Shown here in pieces: positions 10,582-19,164 of a stretch of DNA of 64,000 bases. The stretch is taken from positions 128,001 to 192,000 of the forward strand of contig JBEKSS010000001.1 in assembly GCA_049516875.1 (NCBI GenBank), given 5' to 3'. This DNA is from Candidatus Bathyarchaeia archaeon. GTDB taxonomy: Archaea; Thermoproteota; Bathyarchaeia; Bathyarchaeales; Bathycorpusculaceae. Every line of letters starts with the position of its first letter. The first letter of the stretch is position 1. Below the pieces are notes generated by a model. That model saw only the letters and a list, made by a program, of their open reading frames with translations, was not told the origin of the DNA and did not search any database. The position numbers and the translations under genes were made by a program.

Positions 10582-10944
10582 TCACCCAATTATCTTGACG
10601 TTTGAACCTTTCGGGTTCTTCTTGGCAAGATCAGGGAAAGACACGCATTTTCCCCTTGCAGCTTTTATCTTTTCTCTTGCTTTTCCTGAGAAAGTGAATG
10701 CAGCCACGGTTATCGGATGGGTTATCTCACCCGTAGCCAGCACCTTGCCGGGAACCGCCACCGTTTCATTCTTGGAAGTGTATCTGTTCAGACGGCTGAG
10801 GTTCACGGCTACGCGTCTCCTCTTGGATTTGACCAAACGTTCAGCGATGTCTCGCCAGATTTCAGCTTTGCTTTCTCTGCTTTGTTTCTTGAGAGAATTG
10901 GCGAGTTCTAAAAGTTCTGGGTTTGTTGCTTTAACTTTTCTCAC
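10582..10944 (-). CDS. rpl18e: 50S ribosomal protein L18e
   Basis: TNP.L, VNLSRLNR, VPGKVLA.G, NPKGSNVKIIG. Confidence 0.97.
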   Translation of the reverse strand: MRKVKATNPELLELANSLKKQSRESKAEIWRDIAERLVKSKRRRVAVNLSRLNRYTSKNETVAVPGKVLATGEITHPITVAAFTFSGKAREKIKAARGKCVSFPDLAKKNPKGSNVKIIG

Positions 10945-11752
10945 TCTTTTTCACCTTGATTTCGCCCTCAAGTTCTTTCAGATGCTTATCCAGTATTCTG
11001 CTGGCCTCGACCATTATTCTTTCCGGAGGAAGTGCACTCGTAGATTCCAGATTGAATATGAATGCGTTTTCTGCTCCTGACACTTGTATCGCCGGCGGAC
11101 TTTCTGGACAAGCTTTAACGCAGTCTTGACAGAGGGTGCAGGCAATCAAATCATTAACTTCGATGCTGTCACCTTTCTTCACCAGAACTCTTCTTGGACA
11201 CACATCCACACATTTCCCGCAGATACTACAGCGTTTTGTGATCTCTATTTTTGGATAATACTTGTAGGTACACATTGAAACTGGTTCCCACTTCGCGTGG
11301 CTCTTACCCTTTCCAAGCCTTGCGTACGCCTCAAGCTTTATTTTCTGCTCCTTAGCCAGTTTCAATATTGGAATTCTGTCGCTCACAGGCACGACGTTCG
11401 GGTTTTCTGAAACTAAATCACCCGAGTAGACTGTTCTTGCTTCTCCCTTGGCTTCCACATCCAGTGCGAGGGTGACTCGGCAGAGGTTACACCCGAATTC
11501 ACTTTTGCACGGACATTCCTCAGGCAGGTTGTAACTGTCCAAGTCTGTCCTCAGCGGAATAAGTCCCAGTCTGTGGGCGATGGTCTCGTCCATCATTATG
11601 GAAGAGTTTTCCACGATTACAATCTCGTCTACCGCCATGCTTGGAACTTCAGAGGTCACGATTCTTCTCAGCGCATTCATGAATGGGACATCGGCCCCTC
11701 GAACGAGCAAACGCATGTTTGTTTCGTCTTTCTCAAGCACCTTTATTTCCAC
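10931..11752 (-). CDS. rpoD: RNA polymerase subunit D (Rpo3) with ferredoxin-like insert
   Basis: NALRR, ENSS..DE.IAHRLGLIPL, HAKW; two CxxCxxCxxxCP motifs. Confidence 0.97.
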   Translation of the reverse strand: MEIKVLEKDETNMRLLVRGADVPFMNALRRIVTSEVPSMAVDEIVIVENSSIMMDETIAHRLGLIPLRTDLDSYNLPEECPCKSEFGCNLCRVTLALDVEAKGEARTVYSGDLVSENPNVVPVSDRIPILKLAKEQKIKLEAYARLGKGKSHAKWEPVSMCTYKYYPKIEITKRCSICGKCVDVCPRRVLVKKGDSIEVNDLIACTLCQDCVKACPESPPAIQVSGAENAFIFNLESTSALPPERIMVEASRILDKHLKELEGEIKVKKSEKS

Positions 11753-11856
11753 TTGTTAGGACACCTCGTTACAGTGTTCCACGTTGCTGTGCCGCTCAAT
11801 AGAACATTGGTGCATTATTTCAATTTTTCTATCAGAAGAAGGATCGTACGTACCTC

Positions 11857-12258
11857 TTAGACTCTTCTTCCCCTTCTGCCGCCAGGCCTTCTTGTGCCAT
11901 CATGCGGCACAGGCGTTACTTCTTCGATGCGTTCAATTCTGAACCCCGCCCTTGCCAACGCTCTGATTGCTGCTTGCGCACCAGGACCGGGTGTTCTTGG
12001 CCCCGCTCCTCCAGGAGCCCTAACCTTGATGTGGATTGCGGTTATTCCCTTATCCCTGGCAACATCCGCGGCCAGCGAGGCTGCGCGCATCGCTGCATAA
12101 GGTGAGGACTCCATCCTACTAGCTTTTACAACCATTCCTCCCGACGTTCGGGCTATTGTTTCAGCGCCTGAAAGGTCGGTTATGTGGATTATGGTGTTGT
12201 TGTAGGAACTGAATATGTGCACGACCGCCCATCTTTCGGTCCTTTTGCTTGAACTCAT
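11857..12258 (-). CDS. rps11: 30S ribosomal protein S11
   Basis: [35 protein letters not shown]. Confidence 0.98.
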   Translation of the reverse strand: MSSSKRTERWAVVHIFSSYNNTIIHITDLSGAETIARTSGGMVVKASRMESSPYAAMRAASLAADVARDKGITAIHIKVRAPGGAGPRTPGPGAQAAIRALARAGFRIERIEEVTPVPHDGTRRPGGRRGRRV

Positions 12259-12827
12259 TATTCTCCTTCACTCCGCGATTTCGCTGATCTTGCTTCTGCA
12301 GTCGGCGCGACAGCTATTGTTTGACGCAGTGGATGTGCGGGGTTCGCGAGTGAGCTCTTGGGCGTATAGGTTATCTGATCTTCCTCAGGTTTCGGCACAA
12401 TGTAGCCGGGGGTCGTGACTCTTCGATTTCCTATGGTCATGTGCCCATGGCCTATCAGTTGACGAGCCTGCTGCATTGTTTTTGCTAGACCCTTGCGGAA
12501 AACAATCGTTTGAAATCTGCGTTCAAGGATATCTTCTATTGTCAAGTCCAAAACGTCGTCCAATACTGCTGTTTCGTCGAGTACATCGAGTTTTTTCAGG
12601 CGTGCGAGGAGCTCATCTTCCATCTTCTTGCGTTCTCCAAGTGTTTGGCCAATGAGCGAGCGAGCTATGCCTCTGAACTTTGACAGCATGGTCTCCTGTC
12701 GCCACAGTTCATGTTTATTTCGCAAACCGTACTCGCCGATAAGTTTGAGTTCTCCTTGCATGATGTCAGTTCGCCAAGGAAAACGTGGAGTGTCGTACTT
12801 CTTTCTTTGTTTCTTAGGGTCGCCCAT
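12258..12827 (-). CDS. rps4: 30S ribosomal protein S4
   Basis: [36 protein letters not shown]. Confidence 0.98.
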   Translation of the reverse strand: MGDPKKQRKKYDTPRFPWRTDIMQGELKLIGEYGLRNKHELWRQETMLSKFRGIARSLIGQTLGERKKMEDELLARLKKLDVLDETAVLDDVLDLTIEDILERRFQTIVFRKGLAKTMQQARQLIGHGHMTIGNRRVTTPGYIVPKPEEDQITYTPKSSLANPAHPLRQTIAVAPTAEARSAKSRSEGE

Positions 12828-12829
12828 AG

Positions 12830-13309
12830 CTACTTGTTCTCCGTTGCGGCTGGTCTCTGCATAAGCGTCTTCTTCTTGACTCCCAGCGCTTTACCCGCTC
12901 TGCCAGTCGTTTTGGTTCTTTGTCCTCTCACCTTCAGTCCGTAGGCATGGCGATATCCGCGCCAAGATTTTATTTCTTTCATCTTTTCTATGTCCATCTT
13001 AGTCCTAAGAACCAGATCCGCGCTTATCAAGTGCGTGTCTATTCCAGTTTCCAGCTCTTTCCTCCTGTTCAGCAACCAACTTGGTATGCCACTCTTCGCC
13101 GGATCCTTGACTATCTCCTCTAACCGGTCAATCTCAGCTTCTGTCAGAAAACCTGCCCTCTTGTCAGGACTTATTCCTGCCTTTCTGAGCATAGCATCGG
13201 CGAGGGTTGGGCCGACTCCCTTGATTTTTGCCAGCGCGTAGGACGCTTTCAAAGTGCCGTCTACATCAGTGTCTATTATTCGAAGTCTATGGCGGAACTC
13301 GTCTAACAT
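12830..13309 (-). CDS. rps13: 30S ribosomal protein S13
   Basis: IKGVG, PSWLLNRRK, SWRGYRH..GLKVRGQRTKTTGR. Confidence 0.98.
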   Translation of the reverse strand: MLDEFRHRLRIIDTDVDGTLKASYALAKIKGVGPTLADAMLRKAGISPDKRAGFLTEAEIDRLEEIVKDPAKSGIPSWLLNRRKELETGIDTHLISADLVLRTKMDIEKMKEIKSWRGYRHAYGLKVRGQRTKTTGRAGKALGVKKKTLMQRPAATENK

Positions 13310-13357
13310 CTATCGCCATCCATTTTATTGTTCAAAGCTAACTACGAAATAAGGCGT

Positions 13358-13376
13358 ATTTTATTTAAACCTTACT
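13358..13376 (-). promoter_or_regulatory. BRE/TATA promoter of the rps13 superoperon
   Basis: Minus strand GTAAGGTTTAAATAAA about 50 nt upstream of the rps13 start. Confidence 0.6.
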
Positions 13377-13698
13377 AGAACATGAAACGAAAAAAGAGGC
13401 AGAACACGCGATTACGTTCAATGTCTTCTCTTGAGACAATAGTCCACGAGCGATGTATGCATGAACGTGGCAAAGAGAGTCGAGACACTTCGATCTGCGG
13501 AGATAGACTCGCGGCTAGAATGGGTGTGTTAAGATTCTGGCCCTTGCTTTTGCGTACCAAAGTCAGAATTCTTCTGAGTGTTCAAGGTTCTCTTTCTGGA
13601 TGGTGTAGGGTTTGGGTGTTCTCTTCGATGGAAAGCTCGCTCTATTAGGGTGGAATGCTTTAAAGTCAGATGTTGGAAATTGTCTTGTGGTGTGATGA

Positions 13699-14406
13699 TT
13701 GGTACTGCCTGCTAAGGTGTTTGAGATCAAGGAGAAAGTTGATCCCGGGTTGATGCTGTGGAAGCTTAAGGACTTCCGGGAAGAGGAATTCTGCAAGACC
13801 GAGGCTGGTGAAAACGTGAGTTTGGTGACAGAGATTTTGGACTTGAAGTCAAAAGAAGGATTGGTGGAAGGAGTCTTCAGCAGGGATTTTATGCGCAGGC
13901 GTTTCTACAGACGGAATCTGGTTGAAACGCCTGCTACGGAGGAGGCTCCTTTTTGGATTGTGTCTTCTGAGAAAAAGACGTTTCTAGTGGTGTCGGCGCC
14001 GTCCGTGGCTCGCGGGGTTAAGAAGCTGTTGACAAACTACGTGGCGAACAAGCTGAGCAAAGTTCTTTTCATCAACTCTCAGGCTATTCTGGAGGTTAGG
14101 ATGTCCCATGAAACCCTTAAGGAGCTTCACGAGTCAAACCCGCAGGCGACGAAGCTGATATGGTTCGATGAAGTTGACATCCCGGGAGTAGAGAAGCTTT
14201 GCTTGGCAGGATCAGATCTTGTTGACACGAAGGTGTACCATGATTATCTTGAGCATGGAAAAATCTGGTACGTTGTCTTCGAAACCCAAAAACGCGGAAT
14301 CATGGTTGGGATTACAAGGAACTGTGTTGTGACACTCTTCAGCAAGAGCACCACGCAAGAGTTCATAAATTACATTTTGGAAGATTTCCTGAAACTGGTT
14401 GAGTAG
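13699..14406 (+). CDS. Hypothetical protein, 235 aa
   Basis: Long clean ORF with upstream CTTTAAA TATA-like box; no family recognised. Confidence 0.8.
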   Translation: MVLPAKVFEIKEKVDPGLMLWKLKDFREEEFCKTEAGENVSLVTEILDLKSKEGLVEGVFSRDFMRRRFYRRNLVETPATEEAPFWIVSSEKKTFLVVSAPSVARGVKKLLTNYVANKLSKVLFINSQAILEVRMSHETLKELHESNPQATKLIWFDEVDIPGVEKLCLAGSDLVDTKVYHDYLEHGKIWYVVFETQKRGIMVGITRNCVVTLFSKSTTQEFINYILEDFLKLVE

Positions 14407-14555
14407 CAGTGATGTATGCCTTCGTCGGCCAAGCCTCGGTATGAAGGTGAGAATAACGTAATTCTTCCGTCAAAGAGTGCACAACAATGGAGTTGCTTTG
14501 TTTCCTAACGTGTGAAAAACAGATTTGAATATAGAAAAAACTGGGGGGAAGTTGT

Positions 14556-16202
14556 TTAGTCTTCGCTTTCGGGCATTCCGCCTGGCGGTTTTCCCGGTCC
14601 CTCTCTCGGTTTTGTGGACGCTATCACGTCATCTATGCGTATTATCATCGTCGCGGATTCCGTGGCTGATTTTATCGCTTGCTCTTTCACAATCACGGGT
14701 TCGACCACGCCCTTGTCCTGCATGTTCTCGACTTTTCCAGTGAAGAGGTTTACTCCTTTATATTGTCCATCTGGCTTTCCGTGGGCGGCTCTCAGTGCTA
14801 CGAGTATGTCTATGGCTTCCAATCCGGCGTTTTCAGCCAAGGTTTTGGGTATTATCTCGATTGCTTCAGCAAAACTTTCTATCGCAAGCTGTTCTCTTCC
14901 GCCAACTTCAGTAGCATAGTTTCGCAACTCTTTGGCCACCTCGACTTCTACGGCTCCGCCTCCTGCGACTATCTTGTTGGTTTCTATGACGTCTGAGACC
15001 ACTGACAAGGCATCGGTCATTGCTCTTTCGGCTTCGTCAACCATTCTTTCGAGGCCTGCTCGTATGATGATTGCAACGGAACGGGGGTCTTTGCATTTTT
15101 CGACGAATATCATTTTGTCCTCGCCGAGCTTGCGCTCTTCCACGAGGCCTGCTACACCTAGGTCTTGACCTCTCAAATCGGCAAGATTTGAGACTATTCT
15201 TCCACCTGTTGCTCTTGCCAGCTTCTCCATGTCTGATTGCTTCACTCTTCTAGCTGCCAGTATCCCTTCTTTCGCCAAAAAGTGCTGAGCCATGTCGTCG
15301 ATGCCTTTCTGACAGAAAACAACGTTGGCGCCTGAAACCTTGATTTTTTCAACCATTTCTTGCAGCATCTTGTTTTCTTGGTCCAGAAAGGCTTTCATCT
15401 GGTTTGGATCGCGTATCCTTATCTCCGCGCTGATCTCCGTCTTTTCGATCTCCAACGCGCTATCAAGTAAGGCTATCTTCGCTCTCTCGACTTTCTTTGG
15501 CATCCCTGTATGGACGACTTCTTTATCTATCACTAAGCCTTGAACCAGTTGCGATTCGAAAAGACTTTTCCCAGTTTTCTTGGTCACTTGGATGTTGTCT
15601 ATGTCTGCGACCCATTTGTCTCCGCGTTGTTCAGCCACTCGTCGCACGGCGTCAATGGCGATTTCCGCCAGGTGTTCCTTTGCTGGACCGACTGCCTTGC
15701 TTGCCATGGACGTCACAGCAACCTTTTTCAGTGTTGCCCGGTCGTCAATGTCCACTTGTATCGCAATCTTGTTTATGGTTTCCATTGCTTTTTGCGCTGC
15801 TTTGCGGTAGCCGCTCACGATTATGGTTGGATGAATGTTCTGATCCAAGAGTTCCTCAGCCTTTTTCAACAGTTCGCCCGCCAACACTACGGCAGTGGTT
15901 GTACCGTCCCCTACCATGTCGTCCTGTGTCTTCGCGATTTCCACCATCATCTTTGCCGCTGGATGCTCGACTTCTATTTCGTTCAGTATTGCCGCTCCAT
16001 CGTTTGTTATCGTTATGTCCCCGAGACTGTCGATGAGCATCTTGTCCATACCGCGAGGCCCCAAAGTCGTTCTCAGCACTTCACCGATGACGCGTGCTGC
16101 CATTATGTTGTTCCTTTGAGCTTCCCTTCCTCTGTTTCGTGTCGTACCTTCTTTCAGAACTAGGACTGGTTGTCCCGACGCTGTTGTCGTCAAGTAAGCC
16201 AT
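14556..16202 (-). CDS. ths: Thermosome (group II chaperonin) subunit
   Basis: [38 protein letters not shown]. Confidence 0.98.
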   Translation of the reverse strand: MAYLTTTASGQPVLVLKEGTTRNRGREAQRNNIMAARVIGEVLRTTLGPRGMDKMLIDSLGDITITNDGAAILNEIEVEHPAAKMMVEIAKTQDDMVGDGTTTAVVLAGELLKKAEELLDQNIHPTIIVSGYRKAAQKAMETINKIAIQVDIDDRATLKKVAVTSMASKAVGPAKEHLAEIAIDAVRRVAEQRGDKWVADIDNIQVTKKTGKSLFESQLVQGLVIDKEVVHTGMPKKVERAKIALLDSALEIEKTEISAEIRIRDPNQMKAFLDQENKMLQEMVEKIKVSGANVVFCQKGIDDMAQHFLAKEGILAARRVKQSDMEKLARATGGRIVSNLADLRGQDLGVAGLVEERKLGEDKMIFVEKCKDPRSVAIIIRAGLERMVDEAERAMTDALSVVSDVIETNKIVAGGGAVEVEVAKELRNYATEVGGREQLAIESFAEAIEIIPKTLAENAGLEAIDILVALRAAHGKPDGQYKGVNLFTGKVENMQDKGVVEPVIVKEQAIKSATESATMIIRIDDVIASTKPREGPGKPPGGMPESED

Positions 16203-16317
16203 ACAAATCCTCCATTCAAACCTAAAATCTTACCTATTGAACACAAGAAAAAATGCCCACAAATATAAATCTTTACCTCAGTCGGTACTGTTAACTTGTT
16301 GGAAATTGTGTGAAAAA

Positions 16318-16668
16318 TCAATGCCTATGTGGTAAAATTGGTTTTATTCCTTTCAGCAATTCTGCAACTGTGACTATCTGGATTTTCGGATACTTGTGCC
16401 CCATGTTTTCGACTCGTAGTATTCGGTTTCTATAGCTGCATGTTTCATCTGTTCTGTAGGTTCATACAATGTTATCAGTATCTCCATCGCTGATTTTGTA
16501 CCTTGCAGTTCCAATCAAATCTCTTACATGCTGTGCGCCGACATGGAGCCAGCCTTTGATCTGAGCCACAATTCTCTGAACATTGAGATTATCACTCTCA
16601 CGAGGAGTTAACCATCCATCTGTCCCTTTATCTGCTCCTTTTTTTCCTTGTTAGGTTTCCCTTGATTT
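16318..16668 (-). pseudogene. Frameshifted C-terminal remnant of an Mrr-like endonuclease domain of the type fused to DNA methyltransferases
   Basis: Manual translation across frameshifts: ...KKGADKGTDGWL...IVAQIKG..HVGAQHVRDLIGT / KSAMEILITLYEPTEQMKHAA...YYES / KYPKIQIVTVAELLKGIKPILP; no 5' part present. Confidence 0.75.
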
Positions 16669-16685
16669 GCGCGCGTGATGACCTC

Positions 16686-16735
16686 CCCCCGGGGTCAATA
16701 TATGATCCAAATATGATTTGACAAAAAGCGCGCGC
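16686..16735. repeat. ~50-bp dispersed element, copy 1 (ends in GCGCGCGC)
   Basis: CCCCCGGGGTCAATATATGATCCAAATATGATTTGACAAAAAGCGCGCGC aligns to 53873-53922. Confidence 0.85.
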
Positions 16736-16746
16736 TTGTCACCTAA

Positions 16747-17043
16747 TTAATCCCGATGTTCGTGGGATTCCTCTTCAGATTCTTCTTCGTTCTCTTCTTC
16801 TTCCTCGGAGGCTTCTTCTCCTGCGGCTCTTGCTTCTTCTTCAGCTTCTCCTTCTGGGGGATAAGCCTCATTTAACCAGACTTTAAACTGTTCTTTGTCT
16901 TCAGGGTCGGAAAAGGCCCATTCACACAGTTCGCTGACGACGGTGTTGATATCAATTTCGTGATCGTCTGCCAAATGCTTCAGAAACTGTTCCCATTTCG
17001 CAGGAAGAGACACCATAAGCCCAACCACCTTGCCTTCCACCAT
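16747..17043 (-). CDS. Small protein, possible ribbon-helix-helix N-terminus with a very acidic tail
   Basis: LMVSLP..WEQFLKHLA...I.INTVVSELC pattern; E-rich C-terminus; TATA-like CTTAAATA upstream. Confidence 0.7.
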   Translation of the reverse strand: MVEGKVVGLMVSLPAKWEQFLKHLADDHEIDINTVVSELCEWAFSDPEDKEQFKVWLNEAYPPEGEAEEEARAAGEEASEEEEENEEESEEESHEHRD

Positions 17044-17172
17044 TGTGTTGTATGGTTCAAGCCATATTTAAGCTTCAAACATTCGTACGCGGCAGATCTT
17101 TTCTTTTGAAGCTGATTTCAGACAAATCTTTTATATTTGGTTGCACTCACCTGAAGGGGCAAAGGTGAAAGC

Positions 17173-17538
17173 ATGGGAAGTCTGTGGCTGGGAGCTTTCG
17201 TTGGCTTTCTCGTGACACTGGTTCTTAGCTGGATGTTTCCAGGAATTGGACACCTGATAGGCGGGTTCATTGGTGGGTTCGTGGCAGGGCTCATAGCTGG
17301 AGGGATGGGTAAAGGAGCGTTAGCCGGTTTCCTCGCGGGAATATTCGGCGGGATCATCATTGCAATACTCGCAATCATAGGCTTTGTGGCGGTAGGCGGG
17401 GCTACGGGCGGAATCCTAGGCGGACTTTTTGGCGGTTTAGCTGGTCTGTTTGTCGGAATCATAGCGATCATACTTGCCGTCTTCGGAGCAATTGCGTCAA
17501 CAATCGGCGGATTCATAGGCGGATTGCTCACAAGATAG
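17173..17538 (+). CDS. Gly-rich small membrane protein (DUF5518-like)
   Basis: Hydrophobic GxxxG repeats; TTTATAT box and GGTGA SD upstream. Confidence 0.8.
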   Translation: MGSLWLGAFVGFLVTLVLSWMFPGIGHLIGGFIGGFVAGLIAGGMGKGALAGFLAGIFGGIIIAILAIIGFVAVGGATGGILGGLFGGLAGLFVGIIAIILAVFGAIASTIGGFIGGLLTR

Positions 17539-17813
17539 AGGTCCCCCATTTTATCTGTTCAGAAGAGGGCGCTGAGGAAAGATTGTTCACATCCAAGAGT
17601 ACTGACATTAGCACGCCCCTCTGCCAACCATCTTCCGATGTGCTCGTCCGTCGTGAACGTTTGAGACGAACTGATCAGTGGATAATTCTGTTCATAATCC
17701 CTGCTCCAAGTTTACTATGCAAATTATTACATACAGTCTGATCAAAAACCTTGCTTTCGCTGTGAAACAGTTTAAATTTTAGGTTGAGAACTTCAATGTT
17801 GGTGAATGACGGC

Positions 17814-18107
17814 GTGCGTGTCTCGGTGCGGTTCTTCACAACTCTGAGAGAAGTGACTGGCAAAAAAGAGGAGACTCTAGAATTCTCTAGAAGAGAAACC
17901 GTAACAGTTGACAGTGCACTTGAACGCTTAGTTGAGCTACACGGAAAAAGCTTTGCTGAATACGTTTACGACCACAAAACCGGCGAGGTCCGAGGTTTTC
18001 TGCAGTTCCTTGTTAACGGCAGAAGCATATCATCTTTTGAAGGATTGAACACGAAGCTTTCAGATGGCGATGTTCTAGCAATAATACCGCCAGTCGGAGG
18101 CGGCTGA
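17814..18107 (+). CDS. MoaD/ThiS/SAMP ubiquitin-like sulfur carrier
   Basis: VRFF..LRE, LVNGR, DGDVLAIIPPVGGG C-terminal di-Gly. Confidence 0.92.
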   Translation: MRVSVRFFTTLREVTGKKEETLEFSRRETVTVDSALERLVELHGKSFAEYVYDHKTGEVRGFLQFLVNGRSISSFEGLNTKLSDGDVLAIIPPVGGG

Positions 18108-18166
18108 CCAGTCGCATTTTCTCCAAGTTTTTCTGTTTAACCTACGATTTTGGTTGTGTGTTAATT

Positions 18167-19147
18167 ATGGAGTCCAAGGGTGAATTCCTGTACCTTTCTC
18201 GGGCTGACATTGAGAAACTGAACATTCCAATGAAAGAGATAATTAGAATCGTAGAAGAGGCCTTTCGTGAAAAAGCCGCGGGAAGAACTGAAATGCCTCC
18301 AAAGCCAGGAGTCCATCTCCAAAAGGACGCTTTCATCCACGCGTTGCCCGCATATCTGCAAACAATGAAGGCGGCAGGCGTTAAGTGGGTGGCAGGCTTT
18401 CCGGACAATCCAAGAAGGGGCCTGCCTTACATTTCTGGTTTACTCGTTTTGAACGATTCTGAGACTGGCTTTCCAATCTCGGTCATGGACTGCACGTGGA
18501 TCACGGCCAAACGCACTGGTGCATCGACTGCAGTTGCAGCTAAACACTTGGCCAGAGACGACTCGAGAGTCCTAGGCGTTCTCGGCTGTGGTGTTCAGGG
18601 CAGAAGCAACCTTGAAGCCTTGATGGTAGTGTGCAAGAATCTGGAACATGTTAAGGCCTATGACACTAATGGGAAGAACCTGCTTGAATACGTGAAAGAA
18701 ATGACTGCCTTGCACGGAATAAGCACAACTCCCGTCGAATCGCCCAAGAAAGCTGTTGAAAGCTGTGACATAGTAGTCACTAGCGGCCCTATCCTGAAAA
18801 AACCGCAACCCATCATCGAAGAGTCGTGGTTCAGAGACGGGGGTCTTGCCTGTCCATTGGATTTTGATTCCTACTGGAAACCAGAAGCCATGCATTCTGT
18901 GCAAAAGTTCTGCACTGACGACCGAAATCAACTGGCGTACTATAAAACTCAAGGCTACTTTGCCGATCTGCCAGACGTGTACGCAGACCTGAGCGAAATC
19001 ACAACAGGCGCCAAACCAGGTCGCGAAAGCCCAGTGGAGCGAATAATGGCAATGAATCTTGGCTTGGCAATAGAAGACATTGCAACGGCCATTTACGTCT
19101 ACCGAAAAGCGAAGAAAGCAAATGTTGGAAGAACGTTGCCCCTGTGA
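18167..19147 (+). CDS. Ornithine cyclodeaminase/mu-crystallin/archaeal alanine dehydrogenase family
   Basis: GVKWV..FPDNP..GLP, ITAKRTGA, LGCGVQG, GLAIED. Confidence 0.9.
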   Translation: MESKGEFLYLSRADIEKLNIPMKEIIRIVEEAFREKAAGRTEMPPKPGVHLQKDAFIHALPAYLQTMKAAGVKWVAGFPDNPRRGLPYISGLLVLNDSETGFPISVMDCTWITAKRTGASTAVAAKHLARDDSRVLGVLGCGVQGRSNLEALMVVCKNLEHVKAYDTNGKNLLEYVKEMTALHGISTTPVESPKKAVESCDIVVTSGPILKKPQPIIEESWFRDGGLACPLDFDSYWKPEAMHSVQKFCTDDRNQLAYYKTQGYFADLPDVYADLSEITTGAKPGRESPVERIMAMNLGLAIEDIATAIYVYRKAKKANVGRTLPL

Positions 19148-19164
19148 CCTGAGAGGTCTCGTTT

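Noticed and set aside
12083-12088. GCGCGC hexamers inside rps11 and aglB (about 48914)
   Set aside because: Only 6 bp, explained by codons in intact core genes; not counted as junctions
13375-13796. Short ORFs between rps13 and the 13699 gene; 13-bp match TTCAAGGTTCTCT with about 53827
   Set aside because: No protein motifs; 13-bp matches are expected by chance in 64 kb
14409-14470. GTGATGT...CCAA...ATGAAGG resembling a second C/D sRNA
   Set aside because: D' degenerate, no CTGA D box and no terminal stem
17560-17700. Imperfect hairpin GAGGGCG/CGCCCCTC with TGAGGA/CTGA; minus-strand MSVLLDVNNLS fragment
   Set aside because: Too weak to call either an ncRNA or an ABC-ATPase remnant
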